Shown here: piece after piece, positions 1-11,954 of the stretch
How positions within the stretch are numbered: position 1 is the first letter of the stretch
Layout: each line of letters opens with the position of its first letter
Assembly (NCBI GenBank): GCA_040437565.1
Contig: JBDOQK010000021.1
Location: 248,001 to 312,000 of the forward strand
Direction: 5' to 3'
Source: Albugo candida
Taxonomy: Eukaryota
Length of the DNA stretch: 64,000 nt
Notes under the pieces: generated by a model
What the model was told of the DNA's origin: nothing
Database searches by the model: none
The model's input: only the letters and a program-made list of their open reading frames with translations
Program-made: the position numbers and the translations under genes

Positions 1-6
1 GACATC

Positions 7-1103
7 TTGACAGATGAAAGTACTCGCACAAGATCAAGGACCCTGCCATCTTTGCAGGCCAGACAAGGATATAATCCACTTCCTAGCATTGATGAAAGAC
101 TCAGACAAGTCGCAGGCCAATCATTGGAAGGATGGATCCTCAAACCCGAGGCAACGACGCCTCACGAAGTGACGGCACGTCAAGCTCTACGTGAGCGATA
201 TCTGACGCCTCAGTTCATATTCATGGATCAATACCTGTCAAGATTAAAGGATCAAGCACGAGGTGCATCTGTAGCCACATTGAGGACCGTTCCTATCGTC
301 CATTACCCAGGAAAGTCGATAACGAAGTAGCCTTTGAGCACTGGGTGCAGCGCGTTCGTCGATTGCACAGTATTGACGCTCTTCGAGCAGTGACGATGTA
401 GCCGATGTACGTTTGGAACGCAAACTGCGCGATGACTTTGCGAACTTGAAGGCCAAAGGCTTATTGCGTTTCTTGTATCGATATTCTCACGTAATGATAC
501 CTGACGCTTCATTGCACACCAGTGCTTCGGCTGTCGAAGCAACGGGATCCAGTCATGATATGACAGTGAACCCTCCCACACCCGCACGAACTAGTGCGAA
601 GCGTGACGTGTTACAGCTGGGCCCTGCTCACGGCATTCAAAAACGTCTAAGTCATAGGGGCAATCGTGCTGCAATGAAGTTTCAAATTCCCACGACTTCT
701 CTGACTCAGGGTACCCCCGCCATTTCACCAAGTACTGGTTCTGGCCATTACGACGACGTCGCTTAGAAATTCTCATCACATGGAACTGGCGATTCCCTTG
801 CTTATCGAGCAGAACAGGCGAAGGTCAACACATCGGGACCATGATGATCTCTGCAAGACCATTGAAGAGCTGATGCACGAGGTGCAACTCCTTCGCGAGC
901 GTGGATTACGCCTGGAATCGCTTGAGAGCCGCGTACGAGCCTTGGAGCAGGGTCAACCTCTCTTGGAGGGGCAGCTGGATATCCTCTTGTGGATGCAGCA
1001 ATACGTAGCACCGCAACCTCCGCTGGCGCCAGCGCCACCAGATTCACATGGGAAGGATCCCGATAAGGCTCAAGAAAGCCAACGTAAAACAAGGGATGTG
1101 TGA
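7..1103 (+). pseudogene. Antisense ORF of the Gypsy element (frameshifted), unknown function, coiled-coil-like C-terminus
   Basis: Consecutive protein-like + strand pieces: 7-330, bridging frame VAFEHWVQRVRRLHSIDALRA, 413-766 (ERKLRDDFANLKAKGLLR) and 780-1103 (IEELMHEVQLLRERGLRLESLESRVRALEQ). Confidence 0.5.
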
Positions 1104-3700
1104 GCAACTTGCGCGGAAGGTTGAGCGTGTAAGCAAGGCCCTTCTTCGCCATGACCGTAAATGGCTCCAGCAAGCGTGGTCGCAACTTTGTCTTGAAGAC
1201 AGCGGACACTACATTTGTAGGTAGGTTTTTAGTACTGAGTAACGCTTGGTCTCCGACCGCATAACTTTCAATAAAATCTGTGCTTTTTGCATCAGCTTGT
1301 GCTTTTTGTCGGTCTTGGCTTTCATCCGTTGCGTCACGAACATGTCGTAAGACATCTGATCGCGTTGCGACAAACTCGTGAGCCTGTTTCTCAACAGTAG
1401 CAGGGCTGGCATCATCAAGCCGAACGGCCACCTCTCCACCACCAAGCCCTGAACCACGAAGCGATAGCGTTAATGAAACGCGAGGATGGGTGAGCCAGTT
1501 CACGTAGAACGGAGTGTAGCCAGTATAGGCATGAAAAGAGTTGTTTAACGCAAAATCAACAACAGGGAGCATGAAGCTCCAACGATTAGGTTTATCAGCT
1601 CAAATGCTGCGTAAGATATCACCAATAACGCGATTAACTTGCTCAGTTTGACCATGGTTCTGGGGATGATCCGCAGTGGACATATNNNNNNNNNNNNNNN
1701 NNNNNNNNNNNNNNNNNNNNNNNNNNNNNNNNNNNNNNNNNNNNNNNNNNNNNNNNNNNNNNNNNNNNNNNNNNNNNNNNNNNNNGCGACAAACTCGTGA
1801 GCCTGTTTCTCAACAGTAGCAGGGCTGGCATCATCAAGCCGAACGGCCACCTCTCCACCACCAAGCCCTGAACCACGAAGCGATAGCGTTAATGAAACGC
1901 GAGGATGGGTGAGCCAGTTCACGTAGAACGGAGTGTAGCCAGTATAGGCATGAAAAGAGTTGTTTAACGCAAAATCAACAACAGGGAGCATGAAGCTCCA
2001 ACGATTAGGTTTATCAGCTCAAATGCTGCGTAAGATATCACCAATAACGCGATTAACTTGCTCAGTTTGACCATGGTTCTGGGGATGATCCGCAGTGGAC
2101 ATATCCAATCGGGTGCCAAGCACCTTGAAGGTGGACTTCCAAAACTTTCCAGTGAAGCGAGCATCTTTATCAGAGAAAATTGAAACAGGCAAACCGTGTT
2201 GATGGAACACTCGTTCGATCAACAGCATAGCTGTACCTGCACCATCGATGCAGTCCGGCACAGCCGCTAAATAAGCCATATTGCTCATACGGTCAACGAA
2301 GACCACGATCCCCGTGTTGCCTTCCGAATCTTTCGGTAGGCCAAACACAAAATCCATGCTAACGGACTCCCAACACCCTGTGGGTACTGGGAAACTAGCT
2401 AGCGGCGCAGCCGTATGCACTAAGTATCTAACCCAGTGACATGTTTCACATGTACGTACGTACGTACTTAACCATTAATAGAGTTTGGGCCACCAATAGT
2501 GTTGGCTCACTGATCTATAGGTCTTCTTACGACCGATAGGACCAGTCAACGCAGTATCATGTGCCACATAGAGGATTCGATACTTCAACTCCTCATCATG
2601 AGGGACAACGATGCGATGACTATTCTCCACATCCGTGCAGTAGCACAACAGGCCTTGATCGATGGAATATCGATCTAGCCTCGCACTTAATCGTGCCGAC
2701 AATTCTATGTCTGAGTCTGTGAACTCCTCGCTTCCAAGCGCATGTAGCAATGCTACACACTGTTCATCCTTGGCATAAGCCCCACGGATCGTGATTAAAG
2801 ACGACAGTGTCGGAACATGAGAAAGCTCATATTCAGACCTGCGGGACAACGCATCGGCCAAAGCATTTTTCTTGCCCGGCTTATACTTCACCTCGAAGAT
2901 GTGTCCGGCAAAGAATCAAAGCCAACGAGCCATTTTCTGAGAAAGATGAGGCGACTAAGTCACAGTGCGTAGTGAAGCATGATCCGTGTAAATCACAAAA
3001 CCCTGGATCCTAGCAGATAATTCTAAATTTGACCAGAGCATACTTCATTGCAAGTAACTCCTTGTCATCAACCGGGTAGTTCTTCTCTGCAGTCTTGAGC
3101 TGGCGTGATTCATACGCGAAAACGCGCCCATGACCATAGGTATCTGTTTGAAGTAGCGCATAATCTATGGCAAATCAGATGCGTCGCAGACGACACTGAA
3201 TGGGGCTTGAAGGAGACTGTCCTTAACTGCTTCAAAAGCATCGTTCTGTGTGCTAGTCCAGCACCATTCCACATCCTTTTGAGAAGATCGGACAATGTCG
3301 AGCCATGTCAGCTTATTTCTCGCTGTACTTATCCATTTAGTTGGCGACGCCTAGCCACATCCGCAAATCCTTTTGGTTCTTAGGAACCGGCCAATTGACT
3401 ATGGTTTTCACCTTAGCGGTATCCGCTCCAAGGCCTCGCTTCCATATAAAGCACCCTAATAATGGAATCTCTTCCACACCAAAGATGCATTTCGAGGCGT
3501 CGGCATACAACTTGTTCGTGCGCATGCACTCGAGCACAGCTCGTAAATGGTCAACGTGATTTTCCATTTCATACCGACCGTTCATGGCACGGCTATGGAC
3601 ATAGATGTCATCAAAGTATGTTTGTGCGTAGACTCGATGAGGTCTGAACAGCTGTGTCACCATACGATTGAACGTAGCCGGAGCATCGGATAGCCCTTAA
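591..3700 (-). mobile_element. Degenerate Ty3/Gypsy (chromovirus-type) pol: RT C-terminal part, RNase H, integrase, chromodomain
   Basis: Minus-strand ORF pieces: RT (GLSDAPATFNRMV...YFDDIYVHS, 3337-3700), RNase H end (YKPGKKNALADALSR), integrase (SMDFVFGLPKD...VFVDR; STADHPQNHGQTEQVNR), chromodomain (YLVKWRGYPESEKSWE, 591-779). Many frameshifts and stops; gag and protease absent. Confidence 0.95.
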
Positions 3701-3709
3701 ACTTGACTA

Positions 3710-3850
3710 TGTCACGTTTCACATGACGTCCGTCTTGTACCACGTGGTGACCGTCACTCTTCGTCCCATCTGTGACGTCGTCACCAAAACAGCCATTCAA
3801 GTGAGGTCGGACTTTACCTGTGATGAATCTTGCAGTTGACGCGCGAACCC
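3710..3850 (-). repeat. Possible 5' LTR remnant of the Gypsy relic
   Basis: Minus strand ends ...AAACGTGACA about 10 nt before the truncated RT; no second LTR in the window to confirm. Confidence 0.3.
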
Positions 3851-3869
3851 TTGACGAAATGTCAGGAAA

Positions 3870-4508
3870 CGATCTCTTCTAACCGTATTTAAGCGACCAT
3901 TGCAGAAGGCAAAAAATCAGCCATTTATGACGTATATCGAGGTGCTCTTCTGCTCATAATTAACAACGTTTTTCAGACCAAAACCATAGCCGAGGCAATA
4001 GAGCTGGAGAAGCTACAGCTCGCTGATGCTGTTAAGAGCATGTTTCACGGCTGTCCCATAAATGGCAAAATCAACGAGACAGAAACTAATTATATAAAGT
4101 GATCAAAAGAATGATACATATGCCAATTTGCTACATCGAATGACTATGTGTCTCCTTCTTCGTTCCAACCCGCCTCGAAAAAGACTTTCATGGCAGCCAT
4201 CATCTGTACGATAAGTATGGACATCACTGGGTTTCATCTTTTTCAAGAGAGTCTCCCTCATTAGTAGGATGCCTCTCAATCTCCTGAAACGCGAGTGCGA
4301 TGCCTCTATGTTTGTCAATCGAATCGTAATTGTGTTATATTGCATGGGTGTCGAAAGCTACTCATTTTTCTCGATCAGATTGATTCAATTCGCTTTCGAT
4401 ATCAGATTTCTGTGGAAATGAACCAGTGTCGACAGCTTGCATGGCGGAACTGAATCGCTGGTGATTTAAGGCGTAGAAGAAACTTTAAAGGCTCCACAGC
4501 GTTGCTGA
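3870..4508 (+). pseudogene. Decayed member of the secreted-protein family (long variant), 5' truncated
   Basis: Encodes AIELEKLQLADAVKSMFHGCP; DNA clearly homologous to about 7150-7830. Confidence 0.55.
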
Positions 4509-4699
4509 NNNNNNNNNNNNNNNNNNNNNNNNNNNNNNNNNNNNNNNNNNNNNNNNNNNNNNNNNNNNNNNNNNNNNNNNNNNNNNNNNNNNNNNNNNNN
4601 NNNNNNNNACCCTATGAAACGGAAAATCACTGTGGCTGTTTATTTCATGCCGTAAGATAGCGAACAGAAGATTTGATTTTCCGACGAGCTTTGTATATT

Positions 4700-6800
4700 T
4701 GTGCGGAAAGATGACAGCCTTTGCATTCAATTTATTACAATCAAACTTCCAAGTAGACTCGGATATCCTTTTGTTGTTAGACTTGGTTTTGACTGGTGAC
4801 AGAAGGATGGAAAAATAAATGAGCTAGAGCAATCTTGAATGTGACTCCAAGAGTCAAATCAACTACAACCGTCCAAACTGTAAACGTTGGATATATATAT
4901 TACTTCTATACTTGATACGTCTGTCGTTAGTACATCGTCTTGATCCTTGCGGCATTGACCAGCACTTGTGCCACGCAGGGAACAAGAGCTTTCTTCGAGT
5001 GGTGGGCATCAAACAATGCGTTGACAAAGGGATCAAACTTAGAAAGGTCCATCATGCTATGGTGATCTCGATGATAACTTTCGTTCTTTTTTTAGAAGAC
5101 AATCTGGCTACTCCAACAGCACAGGAAGCTTTGTAAATGTTTTCAAAAAGAAAAAGCAGAAGTTTCTAATTATGAGTGGATGACATGAACAAATTCCCAT
5201 GAAATTTCAGATTCTGACTCTCTTTAGGTATGTTATTGACACAAACTCGTGATCTCAACCCACGCTAAACCTCCACCGAATATAATAGATCTAGTATGAA
5301 TTATCAGTCATGCAGCATTCCACCAAATTCAGTGAAGATGTACATTCGAATCCAACGTCCTTATTGCCATCGATTTGTTCTAGTTCCCATATCGATCCGT
5401 TCGGCTCACGATTAGACGTTGAAGTTATGCACCCAACACGCTCTCAAATATCAGAGTTTTCCGTCGTATGAACAAAACTTTGGTCGATTTTTGTGGTACT
5501 TTGCTTTCTCCGGCCACTCTTGCACGTCCTTCGTCTACGACAATATCAAAAGCACGTATACCTTTAGGTACACCAAAAGGTCAGCAGAAAGTGAGTACTC
5601 TCACAAAAAGTCTAGCGTGAATCTTTGTGCTCCATTTTAATCCCGTCATCTTGTGATACAGGATCATACCAGTGTACAGTGCCTGACGTGATTTGATTCC
5701 GCACAATGTCAGAGAAATGGTCTGAATGGCCGATCAGGATTGCAAATCACTTCAAGCGCATTCTTTCAAGCATCGGGTTAGGCCTATGTCTGCGCTGTTT
5801 TAGTTGATAGTGAAGTCTTATCACCTTCCAAGTAGCGATGACAGATACATATGAGCGTCATCAAAACCTATCAACAGGTATCGATTCCCGATTATAATAT
5901 CAAGTAAAATGGTAGGAATAGCTGAACATTAAGAATTCCCTTTTGCTCTGCCAGGTGCACTCTCACATAGTCGCGCCTCCGGCCGCCGATTCGATTGTTT
6001 CCAGTCTTGAATAAAATAGATGGACAGTCGACAAATGAGTGCGATCTTCTTGGAGCTTGAACACTTCACAAAAAATTCTTTTATGCGTTGTTGGGACTTG
6101 GTAGACATAGTCTTTACTACCTTGTGCACCAGACGCTCAACAAAGTCACCACTCATCTCCACGCATAGACCCATATACTTGATTCCTGCGCCCACGCGAC
6201 TAAATCGATCAACTGACAAATGGATGTCCTCGATCGATATTTTCAAAAGTANNNNNNNNNNNNNNNNNNNNNNNNNNNNNNNNNNNNNNNNNNNNNNNNN
6301 NNNNNNNNNNNNNNNNNNNNNNNNNNNNNNNNNNNNNNNNNNNNNNNNNNNAGTCTTTACTACCTTGTGCACCAGACGCTCAACAAAGTCACCACTCATC
6401 TCCACGCATAGACCCATATACTTGATTCCTGCGCCCACGCGACTAAATCGATCAACTGACAAATGGATGTCCTCGATCGATATTTTCAAAAGTATTTGCA
6501 TTTAACTCGCATCAAATCTTTTCCACTTCGATGCGTCCGTTTCGATGATAACAAAAGAGCTCTGCAGTAAAACACTAAATCAAATGTATCTTCCATGCAC
6601 ACTTGTACTTGTACTTGTCCTGTCACCTAAAGCCAGTCGCCTGCACACCAGCTGGCCTCATAACATCGTGTTGAATTAAAAATAAATGCACCTAACGAGT
6701 TGACGAAACAAGTATTTTACTCGACGTAAACTGACTCTTGTTAGCTTACCAGTAAGGTGATGCATTATGGCGCACTATTTCATACCAGGAACCGTGACGT
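4700..6800 (-). pseudogene. Divergent partner gene relic, type 1 (paired with the 6995 pseudogene)
   Basis: ORF piece 5929-6501 (GDFVERLV...KIALICRL...GRAKGNS); DNA homologous to 35370-36970 and 58060-59900. Confidence 0.6.
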
Positions 6801-6994
6801 TTACTTGGGTGAGGATTCATATTAGCACACGTCAAATTCGTTCCAAATAGTCTGAACAAGCGACATAGAAGAACACTATGGACAATGACGTAACATCAGC
6901 TGCAAGCAAGGATGCGCAGTATCACACATAATATCAAAGTAATTTGAACGCATCAGTTTGATCAGAATCTTACCTTCTCAGTAGCCACCAGCTC

Positions 6995-7830
6995 GGCATA
7001 TCTCTTCAAACTTTGTTGCAGCCATTATCGGACTTTCGACTAATCAAATTGTAGTCATTTGCTGCACAATATCCCGAGTCAAATGCTCCAAAAGTGGGAA
7101 CCGCAATTGAAGGCCAATGCCCAGATGAAAACGACAGGGGCGTTACTCCGTTGACATTGCAGAAGGCAAAAGCAATCAATCCCGTCATGGCGTATATCGA
7201 GGTGCTCCTTTTGTTCACAATTTGAAACGTTCTTCAGACCAACACTATAGACGAGACAATAAAACTGGAGAAAGTACAACTCGCTGATGCTGTTAAAATC
7301 GTGTTTTACAGCTACCTCATGACTGCTGTAAGGAACCACAAAGAAAATAATTCTATAGTGCCTGTGTACCTCGAGAATTCAGTCACATTGTTGGACTATG
7401 ATGACGTGATTTACAGAAAGAATGTTACATATCCCAATTCTCTGGATCGAATGACTATGTTTGACCTTCGTCATTCCAACCCGCCTCGTAAAAGACTTGC
7501 ATGGCAGCAATCATATGCACGAGAAGTATTTGGATCACTGGATCTCAATTCTCTCTCAAGAGGGTCTTACTCATCAGTAGGATGCCTCTCAATATCTTGA
7601 AACACGAGTGCGATGTCTCTATGTTTGTGAATCGAGTCGTAATTGTACTATATTGCATAATTGTCGAAATCTACTCAATGGTATCGATCAGATCGATTCA
7701 ATTCGCTCCCGATATCACAATTATGTGGATATGAACAAGTATCGATATCGACAGATTGCTTGGCGGAACTGACTCGCTGATGACTTTAAGCGTAGAAGAA
7801 AATCTAAAGACTTTACTGCGTTGTTGAACT
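6995..7830 (+). pseudogene. Decayed member of the secreted-protein family (long variant)
   Basis: Family promoter upstream (TGACGTAACATCAGCTG about 6886-6902; AAGTAATTTGAACGCATCAGTTTGAT about 6937-6962); signal-like SSNFVAAIIGLS; frameshift; then KLEKVQLADAVKIVFYSY. Confidence 0.55.
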
Positions 7831-8227
7831 CAAGTCGTCAGCCATCAACAATGACAATCATCCGACCTGCAACAAATTGCAAGGTAATATTGATTACACC
7901 ATTCCGCATTCATGAACCGCGACGTTCTTCCAAGAAAATGCACTCATAACGTAATGAAAGCATGATACCGTGCCTCGAGAAAGATACATTCATACGAACG
8001 TCAAGACACTTGTCACCCACTCCGGCGTGAATCAGCGGTAAGTAAATTTTCAATAAGCATGTGGTAGGATAGCGGGCTGTTTCGCGCTCGAGTAAGCATT
8101 GTTACGATCCCCGTCCTATTACTACTTTGCAGAGCTTGTTCTTTTAGACGCTTATTTGGGGTAAGTAGTGTTACGGTTCCAGAATCGAAGGATGTTGATA
8201 TAACAGGCAAACAGCCGAAATTAGGAA

Positions 8228-8841
8228 GTGTATCTTCCAAAGAATGACCAAGGTAGCAATATGGTCGAAACGGGAGACACCATTCAGTTAGAATCGTGCA
8301 GAACGGAGGAATCAGCCACGAAGGATCAGGAAGGATTAGTAGGAGCCATCTCCGAGTCATCGAGCACGACATTCGACAAACAACACCCAAAAGCTTCACA
8401 CAGACTTAACTTGCGTATATACAAGTCATAAAGACAGCGTTGCACTGAATGTGTACCACATCATTTACGCGCAGTCAGTTGGAGCGATAGTACGACACAA
8501 AAAGTAAGTGCAATTGAGCAATTAATGTTGACACAACTCTGATCCAATTGTAGTATACAGCTTTTATGGTAGGTAGAGTACACGGTGTTGCTGGTCCGGG
8601 TGGTATACTCGGTGTACTTCCGGCAGTCGGGTTACACGATTCCGTCAAATCAATTACATATCTAGGATCATTTTGCGTGGCTTCGATTTTGATCATGGGC
8701 ACGTTTGCGGGATGTTATGGAGAAGCAACAGCACGATTAGGCCAACGATCTGAAGTAGTTGCATTTCGAATTTCCATCTTCTCGTCAATGCTTTCGGTAA
8801 TCGTCGGAACTGTATGGATCATTCTATCATTGTTCCAATGA
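8228..8841 (+). pseudogene. 3' half of a UreH/NiCoT-like (HGxAG motif) membrane transporter gene, with one intron
   Basis: VHGVAGPGGILGVLPAV followed by two hydrophobic helices. A GTAAGT...TTGTAG intron (8504-8553) joins STTQK to YTAFMVG in frame. In-frame TAA at 8429-8431; N-terminal GPDH half not found. Confidence 0.65.
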
Positions 8842-9779
8842 ACTATATCATTATTACATTTATTATCAAATCAAATTTATAGAACTATGTGGATTATATG
8901 TAAGCATACTTGGCGTGTCGACAACTTTCGCAAAGTGCGCAATCATTATAATCAGACAAGCTATTTTCTCGTTGCGGCAGCCCCACGCAATCCGTTCTAA
9001 AGAGTGCAAATGAACTGGTGCGTATATTTAACATCAAGTTGCACAGGTCTTCTATGAAAACGTATATTCTGCATTCGCAGTTTTACTCGAATGACCATAC
9101 GCAACAATGAGCTACTCAGACTCAACGATTCCAGCCTCACCATCACATCAAACTCCTCGAAACCTCGCTGAGTGTATTATAGTCATCCGGCAGTATATAA
9201 ATCTTTAATATAGTAAGACTTCAAAGCCACTCTGCGAAATTTTACGCATATCGGACGATCGAATCATTTATAACTTACATCCTCGCAATCTCCTTGATAT
9301 GAGGGATGTAAGTGGACTTAAGAAGGATTCAACCGCAGATGCAAGTCGAACTCCTAGATCAGTAGCTCATCAGGGCAATTGCCTATACTTGCTAAAATGA
9401 TGTATGAATACATAAAAGCTCAAACGAAACAGAGAAACATATGTGAATTACACCAAATGTAACGTAACATACGTAAGACCGCACGGGAAAGCATTACAAG
9501 AGCATTATTCACTCTACTCCCGGCAATGCAAACCGCCCGAGGCAGTTTAATTGTCAACATAAACAGAGACGAGGTTCAGGTATGACGGCGGAGAATGTGG
9601 CCAAGGAGCGCCCTTTTGAAATCTAAAAGATGTACCCGTTGTACCTGCTCTTGGTGCGGTTAGAAAGACAATCGAAAAAGTTGCACGAGTGTTTGTCACA
9701 ACACTCCACAGAGAAGTTACGATCGATGATTATACTTGACACAAATTATCAAATGTGTACGTGTAGTGATACTATGGAG

Positions 9780-10850
9780 ACTTTGGATCCTTATGCACTA
9801 AACCAATACAGAGTCGTGTCCTACAGCCAATTGTCATTTCAATGTGTGAAATTTGAGGAAACATGACAAGAAGAGCAAAGTCTCATGAGTTTCAGAGTAT
9901 CCAAATGTAGCTGAACGTTCAGCGTTCGTTCTACTACCAGAACTGTAGTCTCGGATATCTGTACGTTGACTACCACTCCGAGTCTCCGAGTCTCCGAGTC
10001 TCCGAGTCTCCGAGTCTCNNNNNNNNNNNNNNNNNNNNNNNNNNNNNNNNNNNNNNNNNNNNNNNNNNNNNNNNNNNNNNNNNNNNNNNNNNNNNNNNNN
10101 NNNNNNNNNNNNNNNNNNCTCCGAGTCTCCGAGTCTCCGAGTCTCCGAGTCTCCGAGTCTCTGAGTCTTTGCGGTCAATGAAGTGTAATACAAGGAATGT
10201 CGGCGAATGTGGGTGTAGAAACAATGCTCACCTGTTGGTTCGCTTGGTAAAATGCAGTCTACGGAGTTGATCGCTGAGTGGTCGTTTTCATAAAGAATGC
10301 TTCAGCTTCAGTATCAAGTCATTTGAGGGATCCTTGACCTCATACAACGTCAATCAGAGACACTTTAGCTAGTCGATAAATCTGAAAGGGACGTTTACGC
10401 AAAACGTCATCGACATGGAATCCCGAGATCTTGCTGTAAGCATTGTAAGTCTCGTGCAAAGCCTTCTGACGCGTTTGCTTACATTGGTATCCACACTACC
10501 CAGTTCCTTGCGCACTAAACGCTTTACAGAGTCCCCCCTTTCACGCATAGGCCCGTAGATAAAGGACTTGATTCCTGCGCCCAGTTGCAGCTCTACCGAT
10601 ATGATGAGAAATGGTCGTCCCCGATCGGTATATTCTTCATGTGTTTGCATTCTACGCCCATCTGATCGTTACCACTTTCGGCTGAACTCTGCCGTAATAA
10701 ACTTGATTTTATGTTCTCACGATTGTAATCTAGTCAACGGCATACCCTTCTGTAGAAACGAAAGCAAACCGCACCATAAGGCGTTTGACACAAGAAAGTA
10801 ATACCTAACGAATGGATGAAGCAAGCATTTTCCTCGGCGATTAGCTGAGG
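9780..10850 (-). pseudogene. Divergent partner gene relic, type 2 (paired with the 11121 gene)
   Basis: LGAGIKSFIYGPMRERGDSVKRLV and SRTNAERSATFGYSETHETLLFLS; homologous to 63110-64000. Confidence 0.55.
9976..10168. repeat. (CTCCGAGT)n 8-bp tandem repeat spanning a gap
   Basis: Perfect octamer units on both sides of the 100-N gap. Confidence 0.95.
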
Positions 10851-10987
10851 TTTGAAAGCTTATGAATAAGGGCGACGCAGAATGGTAGATTACTTCAAAC
10901 CAAGAATATAAACATGTATAGAGTAAGAATTTATATGACACACGTCAGATTGCATACCGACAGGGCCACACAAGGGTCATAGAAACA

Positions 10988-11120
10988 TTAGGTCGTGTCT
11001 AAATGGCGTAATGCCAGGTGGATGCAGAGGATAAGCAATTTCACACAGTATGCCAAAGTAATCTAAACCAAACAGTCGATTCACAGTTGAAATAACCCCC
11101 CAGTGCTAAACAAAATTACA
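10988..11120 (+). promoter_or_regulatory. Conserved family promoter and 5' UTR
   Basis: AAATGGCGTAATGCCAGGTGGATG and TATGCCAAAGTAAT...GATTCACA...CCCAGTG, matching the upstream regions of the other family genes. Confidence 0.6.
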
Positions 11121-11612
11121 ATGGTCTCTCGAGCTTTCACAGTTCTCGTTTTCGGTCTGATCGCTGTTGCCATTTTAAGTCGAGCAGACTTTCATCGGAG
11201 TGATACAAAATGCCATTTATCAGCGTCTGCTAATCTTTATTATTATACGACATTTTGCATCAATGTTGACTCTGATGAGTGCAAGAAGACACGCAAGTTT
11301 GCCCTTCGGGATATAGTCGTGGAATATTTCACCGGCGTCCTAAACGGTAAAATGTACACGATGCACATGCTCGAACGTGCGTCGATTGATCTTATCGCCA
11401 AAGCATTACATGGAATGTTCGATACTGACGGCACGAATGATGTTGCCTTTGTTCAAGATTGTATGCGTTATATCAGAAAGAGAATATCCAAAAAAACTGA
11501 TTATGAAAGTATAATCTTCGACGAGGACTTGGTTGATTATCCTGTTCATCCCCAGGAGATCTACGACATTGCTCGTTTCATCTATTATGGTTGTCCAACG
11601 GTTCCTCTTTAA
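11121..11612 (+). CDS. Small secreted Cys-patterned protein, candidate effector (163 aa)
   Basis: ATG at 11121; signal peptide MVSRAFTVLVFGLIAVAILS; C-x14-C-x7-C; C-terminal IARFIYYGC; intact single exon; family 3' motif AAGCTTTGCATCAATACA downstream. Confidence 0.85.
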   Translation: MVSRAFTVLVFGLIAVAILSRADFHRSDTKCHLSASANLYYYTTFCINVDSDECKKTRKFALRDIVVEYFTGVLNGKMYTMHMLERASIDLIAKALHGMFDTDGTNDVAFVQDCMRYIRKRISKKTDYESIIFDEDLVDYPVHPQEIYDIARFIYYGCPTVPL

Positions 11613-11954
11613 AGGGTTTATAACAAACAAATGGTTTTTAGAGAAGCTTTGCATCAATACACTTACACTTTTCTCACAACGAGTGTGTCATTTCTTTTGA
11701 GCCGAGTTTTATTGGAAAAGTGTGTTCTACTAACTTAGATCTTCAGTTTGCCTAATCGGTTTTTGACAATATNNNNNNNNNNNNNNNNNNNNNNNNNNNN
11801 NNNNNNNNNNNNNNNNNNNNNNNNNNNNNNNNNNNNNNNNNNNNNNNNNNNNNNNNNNNNNNNNNNNNNNNNCCTAAAGTCACATGATCATCGCCAACAA
11901 TTTCTACTTCGTAGTAATAACCAATTTTTATTCAGACTTTTTATCCGACATATA

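Noticed and set aside
1367-2104. Duplicated integrase segment (1367-1685 equals 1786-2104)
   Set aside because: Same gap-flank artefact.
6109-6494. Direct repeat (6109-6251 equals 6352-6494)
   Set aside because: Same gap-flank artefact.
9976-10168. CRISPR-like array or repeat protein (DSETRRLG)n
   Set aside because: No spacers; a simple 8-bp repeat whose ORFs are incidental.
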